From NCBI GenBank assembly GCA_963825525.1, contig CAWGTN010000002.1, forward strand, positions 320,001 through 384,000: DNA of 64,000 nucleotides. The letters are read 5' to 3'. Under the pieces are notes generated by a model. The model worked only from the letters and a program-made list of their open reading frames with translations, was not told the origin of the DNA and did no database searches. Shown here one piece after another: positions 9,196 to 19,882 of the stretch. The DNA is from an uncultured Chloroflexia bacterium (GTDB lineage Bacteria; Chloroflexota; Limnocylindria; QHBO01). Position 1 is the stretch's first letter. The number at the start of each line of letters is the position of its first letter. A program made the translations under genes and the position numbers.

Positions 9196-9921
9196 ATGGG
9201 GTGGACCCGGAGGCTTGCCGCTGCGGTGCTGATGGCCGTGGTGCTCGCTGCCTGTCGAGCGATCGGGGGCGGATCTCAGCCGCCCGCCGCAAGCAGTGCA
9301 CCGGCCGCAGGGTCACCGGCGGCCGAGACCGAATCACTCTCGCCGTCCGAACTCCCTCCGGCCCTCGGCGTCGAGGCCCCTCCCGAGTGCGGCTTCCCCG
9401 AGGGGACGGCCCTCGAGTACGCCGGTCGCTCCACCACGGCTGCGCTCGGCGTGCAGGAGGTGGTCGGTGATCCGATGTCGGACGACCCGGCCGACATCTA
9501 CATCACCCGCGACCCGTTCGCGCAGGGCGAGCTCCATGGGCGCCTCGTGTGCGCGATCTTCGTGAACGACCCTCACTTCGTCGAGATCACCGTGCATCCG
9601 GCCGACGGCGGCCGATGGGTGCCACCGACGCCGGCGCCATCCATCCCGGAACCGCCCGGCGGGATCCCCGTGGCCGACGCCGTCGCTATCGCCCGGGACG
9701 CCGTTAACCAGGGCGACGCGTGGGCTGTCGTCTGGACGGAGGCAGGTCCGCTGGCGCAGTTGCTGTCGCCATGGCAGCCGGGGCCCGATTGGTCGGCAGG
9801 CCTACCGGCCGACCAGTGGGCATGGCGTGTCTTCCTCGTGCGCGGCGATGAGGGCGCGGAGATCTTCATCGACTACCTGGACGGAACCGTCCTGGGGACG
9901 ATGAGCTCCATCGTCAACTGA
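9196..9921 (+). CDS. Hypothetical lipoprotein with possible PepSY-like C-terminus
   Basis: Lipobox LAAC; Pro/Ala linker; C-terminal A..IA...W.V...IDYLDGTVL. Confidence 0.6.
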   Translation: MGWTRRLAAAVLMAVVLAACRAIGGGSQPPAASSAPAAGSPAAETESLSPSELPPALGVEAPPECGFPEGTALEYAGRSTTAALGVQEVVGDPMSDDPADIYITRDPFAQGELHGRLVCAIFVNDPHFVEITVHPADGGRWVPPTPAPSIPEPPGGIPVADAVAIARDAVNQGDAWAVVWTEAGPLAQLLSPWQPGPDWSAGLPADQWAWRVFLVRGDEGAEIFIDYLDGTVLGTMSSIVN

Positions 9922-10050
9922 GGGATCGCCGCTCAGGATGGCGCGTGGCGGCTCCCTATAATGGTCCCGCCCACTACACCGGCCACCAACCGCCCGAGGC
10001 GGACTCCATCGGCCTCGGCGACTCCGGCACCGCACGCGCAAGGAGCACCG

Positions 10051-12132
10051 ATGCAGCCGACCACCCCCGACAAGATCCGGAACGTCGCTCTTGTATCCCA
10101 CGGTGGCGCCGGCAAGACCAGCCTGGCCGAGGCGATGCTCTTCGATGCCGGCGCGATCCCTCGCCTCGGAAATGTCGAATCGGGAAGCACAGCGCTGGAC
10201 TGGGATCCCGACGAGCACAAGCGCGGCCAGAGCGTCAACCTGGCCATCGGGTCGCTCGAGCACGATGGCGTCCGAATCACCGTGGTGGACACGCCGGGCT
10301 ATGCCGACTTCCAGGCGGATGTGATCGAGGCATTGGCCGCAGTGGACGCGGTCATCGTGGTCATCGATGCCTCGGCGGGGGTCGAGGTGGGGACCGAGGA
10401 GGTTTGGCGGCTCGCCGATGAACGAAACCTGCCGCGCATGGTGTTCATCAACAAGATGGATCGCGAGAACGCCAACTACGACGCGACCCTCGATGCACTC
10501 AAGGCACGGTTCGGGCCGAAGATCGCGCCGGTCTACCTTCCGATCGGAGCAGCCGAAACGTTCCGCGGCTATGTCGATGTGATCGAGGAACACGCGAACG
10601 TCTACGAGAACGGCAAGCCGAAGGAGGTGCCGATCCCGCCCGAGCTCGAGGGCATCGAGCACTCCCGGCGCGACGCACTGGTCGAGGCCGCCGCCGAGGC
10701 GAGCGACGAGCTCATGGAGAAGTACCTCGAAGGCACGCCGTTCACGGATGCGGAGATCGAGGCGGCCCTTCACAAGGGCACGCGCGAGGGCTCGGTGGTA
10801 CCGGTATTCGTGGGATCGGCGACGAGGAACATCGGCGTGCGCGAGCTGACGACCATGATCGCCAAGCACGTCCCGTCACCCGCCGAGATCGGCTCGCGCC
10901 GAACGGTCGATGGTCGCGAGATCACACCTGATCCGGCAGGGCCCTTCGTGGCGCAGGTCTTCAAGGCCACGGCGGACCCGTTCGTCGGCCGACTCACGTA
11001 CTTCCGCGTCATCTCGGGGACCCTCAGCGGCCAGAGCCACGTCTACAACGCAAATCGACACGAGGAGGAGCGCGTCGGGAACCTGCTCGCCGTCCAGGGA
11101 AAGGACACCGAAAACCTGCCGAGGGTCGGGCCCGGGGACATCGCCGCGGTGGCGAAGCTCACCTCGACGACTGCGGGCGACACGCTCGTCGCCGATAAGG
11201 CGCATGCCGTCGAGCTGGCGAGCCTCGACTTCCCGGCTCCGTCGCTCCAGGTGTCCATCGAACCCGAGTCGAAGGCTGACCTCGACAAGCTGGGCCAGGC
11301 GCTGCATCGGCTGGCCGAGGAGGAGCCGTGCGTGGCCATCCGTCGGGAGGACGGCACAGGCGAGACGATCCTGACGGCCATGGGCGACGCCCACGTCGAC
11401 GTCATCGTCGATCGACTCAAGCGCAAGTTCGGCGCCGCGGTCACCACCGGCACGCCGCGCGTTCCCTACCGCGAGACCATCCGACAGCCGGCGCGCATCG
11501 AAAACCGATACAAGCGCCAGACCGGCGGCCATGGGCAGTACGGGCACGTGGTCATCGAGTTCGCGCCGGCCGAGATGGGCACCGGGTTCCAGTTCGGCGA
11601 CCGGATCGTCGGCGGCGTGGTGCCCAAGCAATACATTCCGGCGGTGGAGAAGGGGCTCAGAGAGGCGATGGCCGAGGGCGTGCTCGCGGGTTACCCGGTC
11701 GTCGACCTCCAGGCGACCCTCGTCGACGGCTCATATCACACCGTCGACTCGTCGGAGATGGCATTCAAGGTAGCGGCGTCACAGGCGCTCAAGAAGGCAT
11801 TCGACATGGCGTCGCCCGCGTTGTTGGAGCCGATTCTCGTGGTCGACGTGGTGGTCCCGGACGAGTTCATGGGTGACGTGATGGGCCAGATCACCTCCAA
11901 GCGCGGCCATGTCCTCGGCATGGACTCGATCGAGGGCATGCAGCACCTCAAGGCGCAGGTTCCCCAGGCAGAGATGTTCCACTACGCGACCGAGCTTCGA
12001 TCCATCACCCAGGGACGCGGGCGATTCAGCGCGACGGTCGATCATTACGCCGAGGTTCCGCACGCGATCGCCGATCGCGTCGTCGCCGAGGCGGCGAGCA
12101 ACGGCCATGGAGGCCCGGAGCGCGGGCACTGA
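10051..12132 (+). CDS. fusA: Elongation factor G paralog (EF-G2 type)
   Basis: IRNVALVSHGGAGKTSL, DTPG, NKMDR, YRET, QTGGHGQYG and DSSEMAF motifs; AAGGAG RBS; not in the str operon; RGQS replaces RGIT. Confidence 0.92.
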   Translation: MQPTTPDKIRNVALVSHGGAGKTSLAEAMLFDAGAIPRLGNVESGSTALDWDPDEHKRGQSVNLAIGSLEHDGVRITVVDTPGYADFQADVIEALAAVDAVIVVIDASAGVEVGTEEVWRLADERNLPRMVFINKMDRENANYDATLDALKARFGPKIAPVYLPIGAAETFRGYVDVIEEHANVYENGKPKEVPIPPELEGIEHSRRDALVEAAAEASDELMEKYLEGTPFTDAEIEAALHKGTREGSVVPVFVGSATRNIGVRELTTMIAKHVPSPAEIGSRRTVDGREITPDPAGPFVAQVFKATADPFVGRLTYFRVISGTLSGQSHVYNANRHEEERVGNLLAVQGKDTENLPRVGPGDIAAVAKLTSTTAGDTLVADKAHAVELASLDFPAPSLQVSIEPESKADLDKLGQALHRLAEEEPCVAIRREDGTGETILTAMGDAHVDVIVDRLKRKFGAAVTTGTPRVPYRETIRQPARIENRYKRQTGGHGQYGHVVIEFAPAEMGTGFQFGDRIVGGVVPKQYIPAVEKGLREAMAEGVLAGYPVVDLQATLVDGSYHTVDSSEMAFKVAASQALKKAFDMASPALLEPILVVDVVVPDEFMGDVMGQITSKRGHVLGMDSIEGMQHLKAQVPQAEMFHYATELRSITQGRGRFSATVDHYAEVPHAIADRVVAEAASNGHGGPERGH

Positions 12133-12143
12133 ACGTCGGGAAC

Positions 12144-13439
12144 CTACGCTGCGCCCTCGATCGCGACGACCGCGAGTGAGCGCTTTCCACGTCGCAGGAG
12201 TAGCCACCGTCCCGCGAGCATGTCTTCGCCGGTCGGCACGGCCGCCTCGTCGGTCACGCGGATGTTGTTGACGTAGGCGCCACCATCGGCAATCACCCGA
12301 CGGGCCTGCCCGCGGCTCGCTGCCAGTCCCGACTCGATCAGCAGATCCAGCACGGACGGGATGGCCTCGCCGACAGCCACCGTCGCGCGAGGGAGATCGG
12401 CGAATGCCGCCTCCAGGGTCGCCGCGTCGAGCGCCTGCAGGTCGCCCCCTCCGAACAGGGCCTCGGAGGCCTCGACGGCGGCACGCGTCGCATCGGCTCC
12501 ATGCACGAGCTCCGTCACCTCGACAGCAAGGGCTCGCTGAGCCGACCGCTGCTCCGGGTGCTCGCTCGACGCCGTCTCCAGTGCCTCGATCTCGTCGCGT
12601 GAGCGGAAGCTGAACACGCGCAGGTACGTGCCGACGACCGAGTCGTCGACATTGAGGAACCACTGGTAGAACGCGAAGGGGGCCGTTCGGTCCGGATCCA
12701 GCCACAGCGTGGATCCCTCGCTCTTCCCGAACTTCTGTCCATCGGGACGCGTGATGAGTGGCGTCGCCAGGGCGTGAGCCGTCACGCCCTCCACGCGACG
12801 AATGAGGTCCACGCCGGCGGTCAGGTTGCCCCACTGGTCACTGCCGCCAAGCTGCAGCGTGCATCCGTGGCGGCGGTACAGCTCCAGGTAGTCGACCGCC
12901 TGCATGATCTGGTAGCTGAACTCGGTGTAGCTGATGCCACCGGCCTCGAGTCGTGCACTGACCGCCTCCTTGGCCAACATCCGGCTGACGCTGAAGTGCT
13001 TGCCGATGTCGCGCAGCCAATCGATGGCGGACATCTGGGCGGTCCAGTCAAGGTTGTTCACGATCATTGCCGCATTCGACCCGGAAAAGTCGAGATAGCG
13101 CTCCACCTGGGACCGGATCCGATCGACCCAACCCTCGATGACCTGCGGGTCGTTGAGGGTCCGTTCGCTGCTTCGACCACTCGGATCACCCACCAGACCC
13201 GTCGCACCGCCGACGAGGCCGATGGGCCGGTGGCCCGCCTGCTGGAGGCGACGCATGGTCACGAGCAGGACGAGATTGCCGAAGTGAAGGCTGGGGGCGG
13301 TCGGGTCGAACCCGCCGTAGAACGTGACCGGGCCGTCCGACAGCGCCGTGCGCAGGTCATCCTGGTCGGTGTGGTCGGCAATCATGCGCCGCCACTCGAG
13401 ATCATCGAGCACGGCGGAGCGGGTCGTGGGCGTCGTCAT
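12144..13439 (-). CDS. tyrS: Tyrosine--tRNA ligase
   Basis: YGGFDPTAPSLHFGN, QLGGSDQWGN, KFGKS and C-terminal S4 domain (LRRGKR). Confidence 0.96.
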   Translation of the reverse strand: MTTPTTRSAVLDDLEWRRMIADHTDQDDLRTALSDGPVTFYGGFDPTAPSLHFGNLVLLVTMRRLQQAGHRPIGLVGGATGLVGDPSGRSSERTLNDPQVIEGWVDRIRSQVERYLDFSGSNAAMIVNNLDWTAQMSAIDWLRDIGKHFSVSRMLAKEAVSARLEAGGISYTEFSYQIMQAVDYLELYRRHGCTLQLGGSDQWGNLTAGVDLIRRVEGVTAHALATPLITRPDGQKFGKSEGSTLWLDPDRTAPFAFYQWFLNVDDSVVGTYLRVFSFRSRDEIEALETASSEHPEQRSAQRALAVEVTELVHGADATRAAVEASEALFGGGDLQALDAATLEAAFADLPRATVAVGEAIPSVLDLLIESGLAASRGQARRVIADGGAYVNNIRVTDEAAVPTGEDMLAGRWLLLRRGKRSLAVVAIEGAA

Positions 13440-13545
13440 CGGAGGCTGAGTATAGATACCGGCCGACACCGAATGAGATGCGCGGGTGAAGCAAACCCGG
13501 GCCACCGCGCGTCAGGATGGAGTGTCCGTGCTACCCTGCCGCCCG

Positions 13546-16311
13546 ATGACCCGAAGACCACCGCCGGGTCGGCGATCCGCGCAAGGGCGCGGTCCACGGA
13601 ACGCCACAGGGCGTCGCCGAGCCGGCTCCCCCACCATCCCGCGACTGATTCTCGGCGTATTCGCGCTCCTCGCCGCCGGGCTCTTCATCCTCATCCTGAG
13701 CGTCTACACGTCGTTCACCAGTGGGCTGCCGGACGTCGCCGGCATCGAGAACTTCGACCTCGACGAAGGTTCGACCGTCGTCTCGGCGGACGGGACGCAG
13801 TTGGCGACGTTCGCGGTCGAGGATCGGCGCGAGATCGACTTCGCCGACATGCCGGAGGTGATGCTCGAGGCTCAGGTGGCCGCGGAGGACCAGACGTTCT
13901 GGACGAACCCCTGCGTGGACTTCCGCAGCATCGTGCGAGCCGTCCTGCAGAACTTCCAGGCCGGTGAGACCGTGTCCGGAGCATCGACCATCTGCCAACA
14001 GCTCGTGCGCATGCGCCTGTTCGACGCCGAGCTCATGGCCGATCCCGAGCGGCAGGTCGAGCGAAAGATCAAGGAGGCCATCCTCGCCCTGCGTCTCGAC
14101 GATCGCTACCCGGGGACCGACGGCAAGCAGCGCATCATCGAGATGTATCTCAACCAGGTCTACTACGGGAATAACGCGTATGGGATCTGGGCCGCCGCCG
14201 ATTCCTACTTCGGCAAGGACCTGACATCGGACGCGGCCGACCAGCAGCTCTCGATCAGCGAGGCGGCCATGCTTGCTGGCCTCGTCCGAGCGCCGTCTCG
14301 GCTCGATCCTTCGCCGGAAGCGGTCGAACGCGACATCGGAGGTGAGCGCGTCCTGGTGGTTCCCGAAACGTCGCAGGCGATCACCGTCCGCGACTTCGTC
14401 CTTGACCAGATGCTGGAGTCCGACTTCATCAGCCGCGAGGAGCATGACGCGGCCGTCGCCGAGACCATCGTGCTGGCGCCGCCCAGCGACAACGCCTACC
14501 TGGCCCCGCACTTCGTGTTCGCCGTTCGCCGCGAGGCCGGCCAGCTGCTCGAGGGCGAGGAGCTCCTGGACACCGGTGGGCTGCGGATCGTGACCACGCT
14601 CGACTACGAGGGTTACCAGACCACCGCCGAGAAGTGGGCCGAGATCGGCTACGACATGGACCGGCTGTCCGACGACGAGCTCATCGCGAAATATGGGGAT
14701 GAAGCCCTTTCGTGGATCGGGCAGCTCCAGGGTCGCAACATCAACAACGATGCGCTGGTGTCGATCAACTATCGAACGGGCGCCGTCCTGGCCTACGTCG
14801 GAAGCGCGAGCTTCTTCGGCGAGTCAACTCCGGAGCACCAGGCGAACTTCGACGTCATCGGCCAGGCCTTCCGCCAGTCCGGATCCGCATTCAAACCGAT
14901 CACGTACGCCGCCGGCTTCGAATCGAATGCCATCACCCCGTCGAGCATGTTCATGGACGTCGAGGGCGAGATCGTCGACGGATACAGCGTGCCGAACGCC
15001 GACGGACGGGAACGCGGCCCCGTTCGGGTGCGCGACGCCCTGAAGTACTCGCTGAACATCCCGGTCGTGAAGGCGCAGCAACTGATCGGGACCGACAACG
15101 TCGTCAACCTGGCCGAACGGCTTGGGCTCGAGTGGGATCCGCGCCAGGAGAACGAGGTGGCCGTCCCATCGCTGACCCTCGGAACCATCGGTGTCCACAT
15201 GCTCGATCTCGCCGGCGCGTACGGTGCCCTCGCCAACGGCGGCGAGTTCCATCCCCCGTACCTCATCGAGCGGATCGAGGACTCGCGGGGCAACATCATC
15301 TACGACCACGCCACCGATGCCCCCGACGCCGAGCAGGTCCTCTCGGCGGCGTCGGCCCACCTCGTGACGGACATCCTCGCCGATAACACCGACCCGCAGG
15401 CCAACCCGCTGTGGGGGCCGCGCTTCCAGCTCCAGACCCCGGAGGGCAGGCGGCCGGCAACGCTGAAGACAGGCACGACGAACGACTTCCGAGACCTCCA
15501 GGCGGTCGGCTACCTGGCGCCCGATCCGGACCCAACGGTCAGCGAGGGGGCGATCGTGACCGGGGTGTGGGTCGGGAACAGCGACTTCTCGCCGATCGAG
15601 GACGTGTTCGCCGCCGATGGGCCGACCTTCATCTGGCACGACTACATGGCCGAAGTGGCCGCCCTGAACGAGCTTCCCATCCGGGACTTCACGCGTCCCG
15701 ACGGCGTGGTCGAAGTCACGGTCGATGCCATCAGCGGCATGTTGCCCGGCGACTTCACCGAATCCACGGTAAACGAGCTGTTCCGATCCGATCGGCAGCC
15801 GGGCGAGCGTGATACCACGCACCGCGAGCTGCGCATCGAGGTGGTCACCGGAAAGATCTGGCAGGAGGGCTGCGGCGACTTCGCGACCGAGGCCCCGTCG
15901 TCATCGCCCGACCCCTCGGATGAGCCTCCCCCGCCGCAGGCAGAGGAGCGCGTCTTCCTGGACATCAACGAGTGGGAGGCCGACCGTCCGACGTGGGAGG
16001 CGGCCAACCGGGCGTGGATCGAGCTCTGGACCGACCGCGAGGACGAGCTGAACGCCAATGTCCGGCGTCCGTTCCCCGGCCCGGTGGACGCCCCGTTTGC
16101 GCCGACGGAAGAGTGCACCCCGGGGGAGATCCCGACTTCAAGCCCCACCCCGTCGCCGTCTCCGAGCCCATCGCCGTCGCCGTCGCCCAGTCTGACGCCG
16201 ACCCCGACGATCCTGCCCACGGAGACGCCGATCCCGGAGCCGACGCCGACCGTTCCGCTGCCGACCGTCACGCCATCTCCCACGCCCACGGCGACGGCAC
16301 CGGCACCCTAG
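13546..16311 (+). CDS. Class A penicillin-binding protein (transglycosylase/transpeptidase)
   Basis: N-terminal TM; GT51 motifs EDQTF, GASTICQQL, RKIKE, YLN; transpeptidase SAFK, SLN, KTGT; Pro/Ser/Thr tail. Confidence 0.93.
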   Translation: MTRRPPPGRRSAQGRGPRNATGRRRAGSPTIPRLILGVFALLAAGLFILILSVYTSFTSGLPDVAGIENFDLDEGSTVVSADGTQLATFAVEDRREIDFADMPEVMLEAQVAAEDQTFWTNPCVDFRSIVRAVLQNFQAGETVSGASTICQQLVRMRLFDAELMADPERQVERKIKEAILALRLDDRYPGTDGKQRIIEMYLNQVYYGNNAYGIWAAADSYFGKDLTSDAADQQLSISEAAMLAGLVRAPSRLDPSPEAVERDIGGERVLVVPETSQAITVRDFVLDQMLESDFISREEHDAAVAETIVLAPPSDNAYLAPHFVFAVRREAGQLLEGEELLDTGGLRIVTTLDYEGYQTTAEKWAEIGYDMDRLSDDELIAKYGDEALSWIGQLQGRNINNDALVSINYRTGAVLAYVGSASFFGESTPEHQANFDVIGQAFRQSGSAFKPITYAAGFESNAITPSSMFMDVEGEIVDGYSVPNADGRERGPVRVRDALKYSLNIPVVKAQQLIGTDNVVNLAERLGLEWDPRQENEVAVPSLTLGTIGVHMLDLAGAYGALANGGEFHPPYLIERIEDSRGNIIYDHATDAPDAEQVLSAASAHLVTDILADNTDPQANPLWGPRFQLQTPEGRRPATLKTGTTNDFRDLQAVGYLAPDPDPTVSEGAIVTGVWVGNSDFSPIEDVFAADGPTFIWHDYMAEVAALNELPIRDFTRPDGVVEVTVDAISGMLPGDFTESTVNELFRSDRQPGERDTTHRELRIEVVTGKIWQEGCGDFATEAPSSSPDPSDEPPPPQAEERVFLDINEWEADRPTWEAANRAWIELWTDREDELNANVRRPFPGPVDAPFAPTEECTPGEIPTSSPTPSPSPSPSPSPSPSLTPTPTILPTETPIPEPTPTVPLPTVTPSPTPTATAPAP
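16138..16308 (+). repeat. Low-complexity (PS/PT)n coding repeat at the PBP C-terminus
   Basis: Encodes SSPTPSPSPSPSPSPSPSLTPTPT... Confidence 0.7.
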
Positions 16312-16327
16312 GGCCGGTGCTCGCCCC

Positions 16328-18751
16328 CTAGAACTCGGCGACGGTTGCCCCGTCGCCGCCCTCATCCTTCCGGCCGCCACGCACCGAGCGAACTCGCGGG
16401 TGCTGCGCCAGGGTCTCTCGAACCGCCCGCCGCAGGGCGCCGGTGCCGATGCCATGGACGATCACCGCTTCGTCGAGCCCTGCCAGCAGTGCCTCATCAA
16501 GGTAGGAGTGGAGCCGCTCGAGGGCAGCCTCCACTCGTTCTCCGTGGAGGTCGAGCCGTGGTGCCACGCGCTCGGCGGCCCGACGTCGGATCTCATCCGC
16601 GGCAAGGTCCCGCGGGGCCGGGCCGGCGATCGGCTCGGGAACGATCTCGACGTCGTCGGATGGCACGACGAGTCGCGCACCATCGGTCTCGAGCGTGACC
16701 CGACCGGTCCGACCACTGATCTCCTGGATCCGCCCGGTCGTGCCGAGCGTCCGCGATCGCGCCCACAGGCCCACGCGCGGCTGCGGCCCGGCAGCGGCCA
16801 CGGATTCGTCGTCGTCCGCCGCGTCCGCCGCCTCGGGAGCGATGATGTCGGTGGCCTCGTTCCTGACCTCTCTCGCACGCGCGGCCAGCTCGTCGAGATC
16901 CGCAGCGCTGCGGGTGGGCTGGGTGGATCGCATGTTCCGTTGCCGGAGCACCTCACGCCGCAGATCAGCGACCTCCCGCTCCGCACGAGCGAGCATGTCA
17001 TCGGCGGCTCGGCGCGCGTCAGCCAGCAGCTGCCCTGCTTCCCGTCGCGCGCGCTCGACTCCCGTCCGCGCCCTGCTGCGCTCATCGGAGGCCGCGGATC
17101 GCTCGGACTGGGCGGCATCCAGGGCACGTTGCTGCGCTTCCTGCGCACGCGTGATGGCCGCCAGCGTCTCTTCCATGCTGGCGTGCTCGGTCGAGATCCG
17201 ATCCCGAGCGTCCGCCAGGATGTCGGCAGGCAGGCCAAGCCGCTCGGCGATGGCGAAGGCCTGGCTCTTTCCCGGCAGCCCGATGGTCAGGTGATACGTG
17301 GGCCGCAGTGTCGCGACGTCGAACTCGACCGCGGCGTTCGTGACCTCCGCGTGCTCTGTGGCGAAGGTTTTGAGCTCGGCGTAATGCGTTGTGGCAGCGA
17401 CCATGGCCCCGGCATCCAGCAGGCGGGTCACGATCGCCATGGCCAGGGCGGAGCCCTCGGTGGGGTCGGTGCCCGCGCCGACTTCGTCGAGCAGGACCAG
17501 CGTTCCCGGCCTGGCGGCAGCCACGAAGCGCACCACGTTGCGGAGGTGACTCGAGAATGTCGAGAGCGACTGCGCGATGCTCTGCTCGTCGCCGATGTCC
17601 GCCATGACGCGACTGAAGACCGGCAGCCGGGCGCCCTCCGCCGCCGGAACGCGCAGGCCCGACTGATGCATGAGCGACAGCAGGCCGAGCGTCTTGAGTG
17701 AAACGGTCTTGCCGCCGGTGTTCGGCCCAGTCACCACCAGTGCCCGATACCCGAAACGGTCACCGAGACGGAGGTCGACCGGAACCGCTCCCGCCCCCAG
17801 CAGCGGATGGCGGGCCGACAGCAGCTCCGCCGCATCGTCCGCGATGGCCGGACGAACCGCATTCATGGCGTCGGACAGCCGCGCACGGGCCATCCACAGG
17901 TCAGCCCGTGCCAGGGCCCTGATGCTCGCCGTCAGCGAGGTCGCCCGTGCCTCCACGGCCGCGCTGAGCTCGTCGAGGATGCGCTCCTCCTCGCGTCCGG
18001 CCGCGAGTGAGGCCTCGGTCCACGCGTTGTTGAGGTCGACCACGCTCAGCGGCTCGATGAACAGGGTCGCGCCCGATGCGCTCTGGTCATGGACGATGCC
18101 CTTGACCCGACCCTTCGCCTCGGCTCGGATCGGAATCACGTAGCGCCCCGAGCGAACCGTGACGATCGGCTCTCCGATGAGCCCGGCGAGCTGGCTGGAC
18201 CGCAACATCGCATTCAGGCGCTCGCGGACGCGCTCCTGCGTCGTGCGCTGCCGCTTACGCAGGGCCGCGAGCTCGGCCGAGGCAGAGTCAAGGATCTCAC
18301 CGGCCTCGTCAACGCTGCGGCCGATGCTCTGGGCGAGCTCCGGCGCGGCGTCGAGATCGTCGCGCAGGGTCCCGAGCTGCGGCCCTTTCCAGGACACCAG
18401 GCGCGCGGCGAATCGACCCGTCGCGTCGAGCGTGACGCCGATGTCGAGCAGCTCCTGTGGCGTCAGGCGCCCGCCCCGCACCGCGCGGTCGAGCGATGCC
18501 CTGATGTCACGCGCGCCGCCGATCGATGCCTGGGCCTGGTCGTGGAGGAGGCTTCCCGCCTCCTCGGTCTGGTCGTGGAGCAGCGCGACGTGGGCTGCGT
18601 CGCCGCTCGGGCCGGTATCGAGCGCCAGCTCGCGCGCAGGCTCGAACGCGGTGAGCGCCGCGAGTTGCTCGACGACTGCCGAGAACTCGAGGGCCCGCAG
18701 CGTGCCCTCGTCGGCCGCTGCGCCGCCTGGTGCGTCAGCCACGCGAGACAT
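16328..18751 (-). CDS. mutS2: MutS2 family protein with C-terminal Smr domain
   Basis: HDQSASGATLFIEP, TGPNTGGKT, DIGDEQSI.QSLSTFSSH, LLDEVG.GTDP.EG; Smr LDLHG...IVHG.GTGALR. Confidence 0.95.
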   Translation of the reverse strand: MSRVADAPGGAAADEGTLRALEFSAVVEQLAALTAFEPARELALDTGPSGDAAHVALLHDQTEEAGSLLHDQAQASIGGARDIRASLDRAVRGGRLTPQELLDIGVTLDATGRFAARLVSWKGPQLGTLRDDLDAAPELAQSIGRSVDEAGEILDSASAELAALRKRQRTTQERVRERLNAMLRSSQLAGLIGEPIVTVRSGRYVIPIRAEAKGRVKGIVHDQSASGATLFIEPLSVVDLNNAWTEASLAAGREEERILDELSAAVEARATSLTASIRALARADLWMARARLSDAMNAVRPAIADDAAELLSARHPLLGAGAVPVDLRLGDRFGYRALVVTGPNTGGKTVSLKTLGLLSLMHQSGLRVPAAEGARLPVFSRVMADIGDEQSIAQSLSTFSSHLRNVVRFVAAARPGTLVLLDEVGAGTDPTEGSALAMAIVTRLLDAGAMVAATTHYAELKTFATEHAEVTNAAVEFDVATLRPTYHLTIGLPGKSQAFAIAERLGLPADILADARDRISTEHASMEETLAAITRAQEAQQRALDAAQSERSAASDERSRARTGVERARREAGQLLADARRAADDMLARAEREVADLRREVLRQRNMRSTQPTRSAADLDELAARAREVRNEATDIIAPEAADAADDDESVAAAGPQPRVGLWARSRTLGTTGRIQEISGRTGRVTLETDGARLVVPSDDVEIVPEPIAGPAPRDLAADEIRRRAAERVAPRLDLHGERVEAALERLHSYLDEALLAGLDEAVIVHGIGTGALRRAVRETLAQHPRVRSVRGGRKDEGGDGATVAEF

Positions 18752-19331
18752 GTGGGTCCTGCGAGATCCAGAACCGCATGGCGCGATCCGCCCATGCGCC
18801 CGCGTACGCCACGCCGATCCGAGTTCCGCGCTCGATGACCGGAGCCGGACCATCCCGCGGTTCGATGCGCAACGGTCCATCGACAAGGTCCACGCCATCC
18901 AGGCGGCGGTCGATGCCAAGCGCGCTGCCCACGTTGCCGGGCCCCGATGCCAGGCGCTCATCGGCAGCGCGTTCGCCGCGCCGCTCGCGGGCCACGCCGA
19001 CGCCCTGGTCGAGATGCATGGCCCGAATGAGCACCGCCTCTGGCTTCAAACCCGGTCCACAGACCACATTGATGCAGTGGTGAAGCCCGTAGACCAGGTA
19101 CACGTAGAGATGGCCCGGCGGTCCGAACATGACACGCGTACGGGGCGTCTGTCCCCGAGACGAGTGAGCGGCGAGATCCTCCGGTCCGGCGTAGGCCTCC
19201 ACCTCGACGATGCGGCCACCGACCTCACCGTGGACCAGGCGCGCGCCGAGGAGGTCCCGAGCAACCTCGACCGCCGGCCTGTCGAACCACGCCCGCGACG
19301 CGATCGCGCGGTCGGCCGGCGCCACCATCAC
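18735..19331 (-). CDS. mpg: DNA-3-methyladenine glycosylase (MPG/AAG family)
   Basis: VARDLLG, IVEVEAY, MFGPPGHLYVYLVYG.H, AVLIRA, GPG and RIGV motifs. Confidence 0.93.
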   Translation of the reverse strand: MMVAPADRAIASRAWFDRPAVEVARDLLGARLVHGEVGGRIVEVEAYAGPEDLAAHSSRGQTPRTRVMFGPPGHLYVYLVYGLHHCINVVCGPGLKPEAVLIRAMHLDQGVGVARERRGERAADERLASGPGNVGSALGIDRRLDGVDLVDGPLRIEPRDGPAPVIERGTRIGVAYAGAWADRAMRFWISQDPHVSRG

Positions 19332-19882
19332 CGCACGAGGAGATCGGCGATCTCCTGCGGGACGAAGGGCTTGGCCAGGAATCCGGCCGTCGGGATCAGC
19401 GTGTCACGGAAGAACTGGATGAGGACGGAGTCGTTCAGCGCGTCGTAGTAGGACGCGACCCAGCCACCTGTCTCACCGCCGGCGCGGAAGAAGCTGTCGA
19501 AGACCAGGAGCTGGAAGGTCAGCACAAGCGCGGCAAACAGGAGCCCGAAGATCGCGCCGCCGATCTCGTCGAGCTGACGGACGATCGGCAACCGCGTTCG
19601 GCGGTACATGGCCCGAATGGCGAAGAACCCCGCCAATACCAGGCCGAAGAAGAGCAGGACGAAGATGAGAAGCTCGCGGCCCTCCGGCGTGAATGCCTGC
19701 CAGAAGCGGGTGAGCTCGACGATCGGCTCTTTGAGCTGGGACGCCACGACGAATGCCACGATGACGGCGACGGCGTTGAGGACGTAGCGAATCATCCCCT
19801 GGGTGAACCCGGCGAACACGCCTCCCGCCAGGATCAGGATGATCACCAGGTCGAACCAGCTCAGCCGCGCAAGCAGCTCCAC
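19328..19882 (-). CDS. CvpA family membrane protein
   Basis: D.VII...GF..G.IR and LD.IGGAIFG motifs; pheT-cvpA-mutS2 context; GGAGG RBS. Confidence 0.82.
   Translation of the reverse strand: MELLARLSWFDLVIILILAGGVFAGFTQGMIRYVLNAVAVIVAFVVASQLKEPIVELTRFWQAFTPEGRELLIFVLLFFGLVLAGFFAIRAMYRRTRLPIVRQLDEIGGAIFGLLFAALVLTFQLLVFDSFFRAGGETGGWVASYYDALNDSVLIQFFRDTLIPTAGFLAKPFVPQEIADLLVR

Noticed and set aside
16138-16308. Tandem repeats here and at about 44700-44790 as CRISPR or VNTR
   Set aside because: They are degenerate codons of Pro/Ser/Thr linkers with no repeat-spacer structure; no CRISPR array or cas gene is seen in the window.
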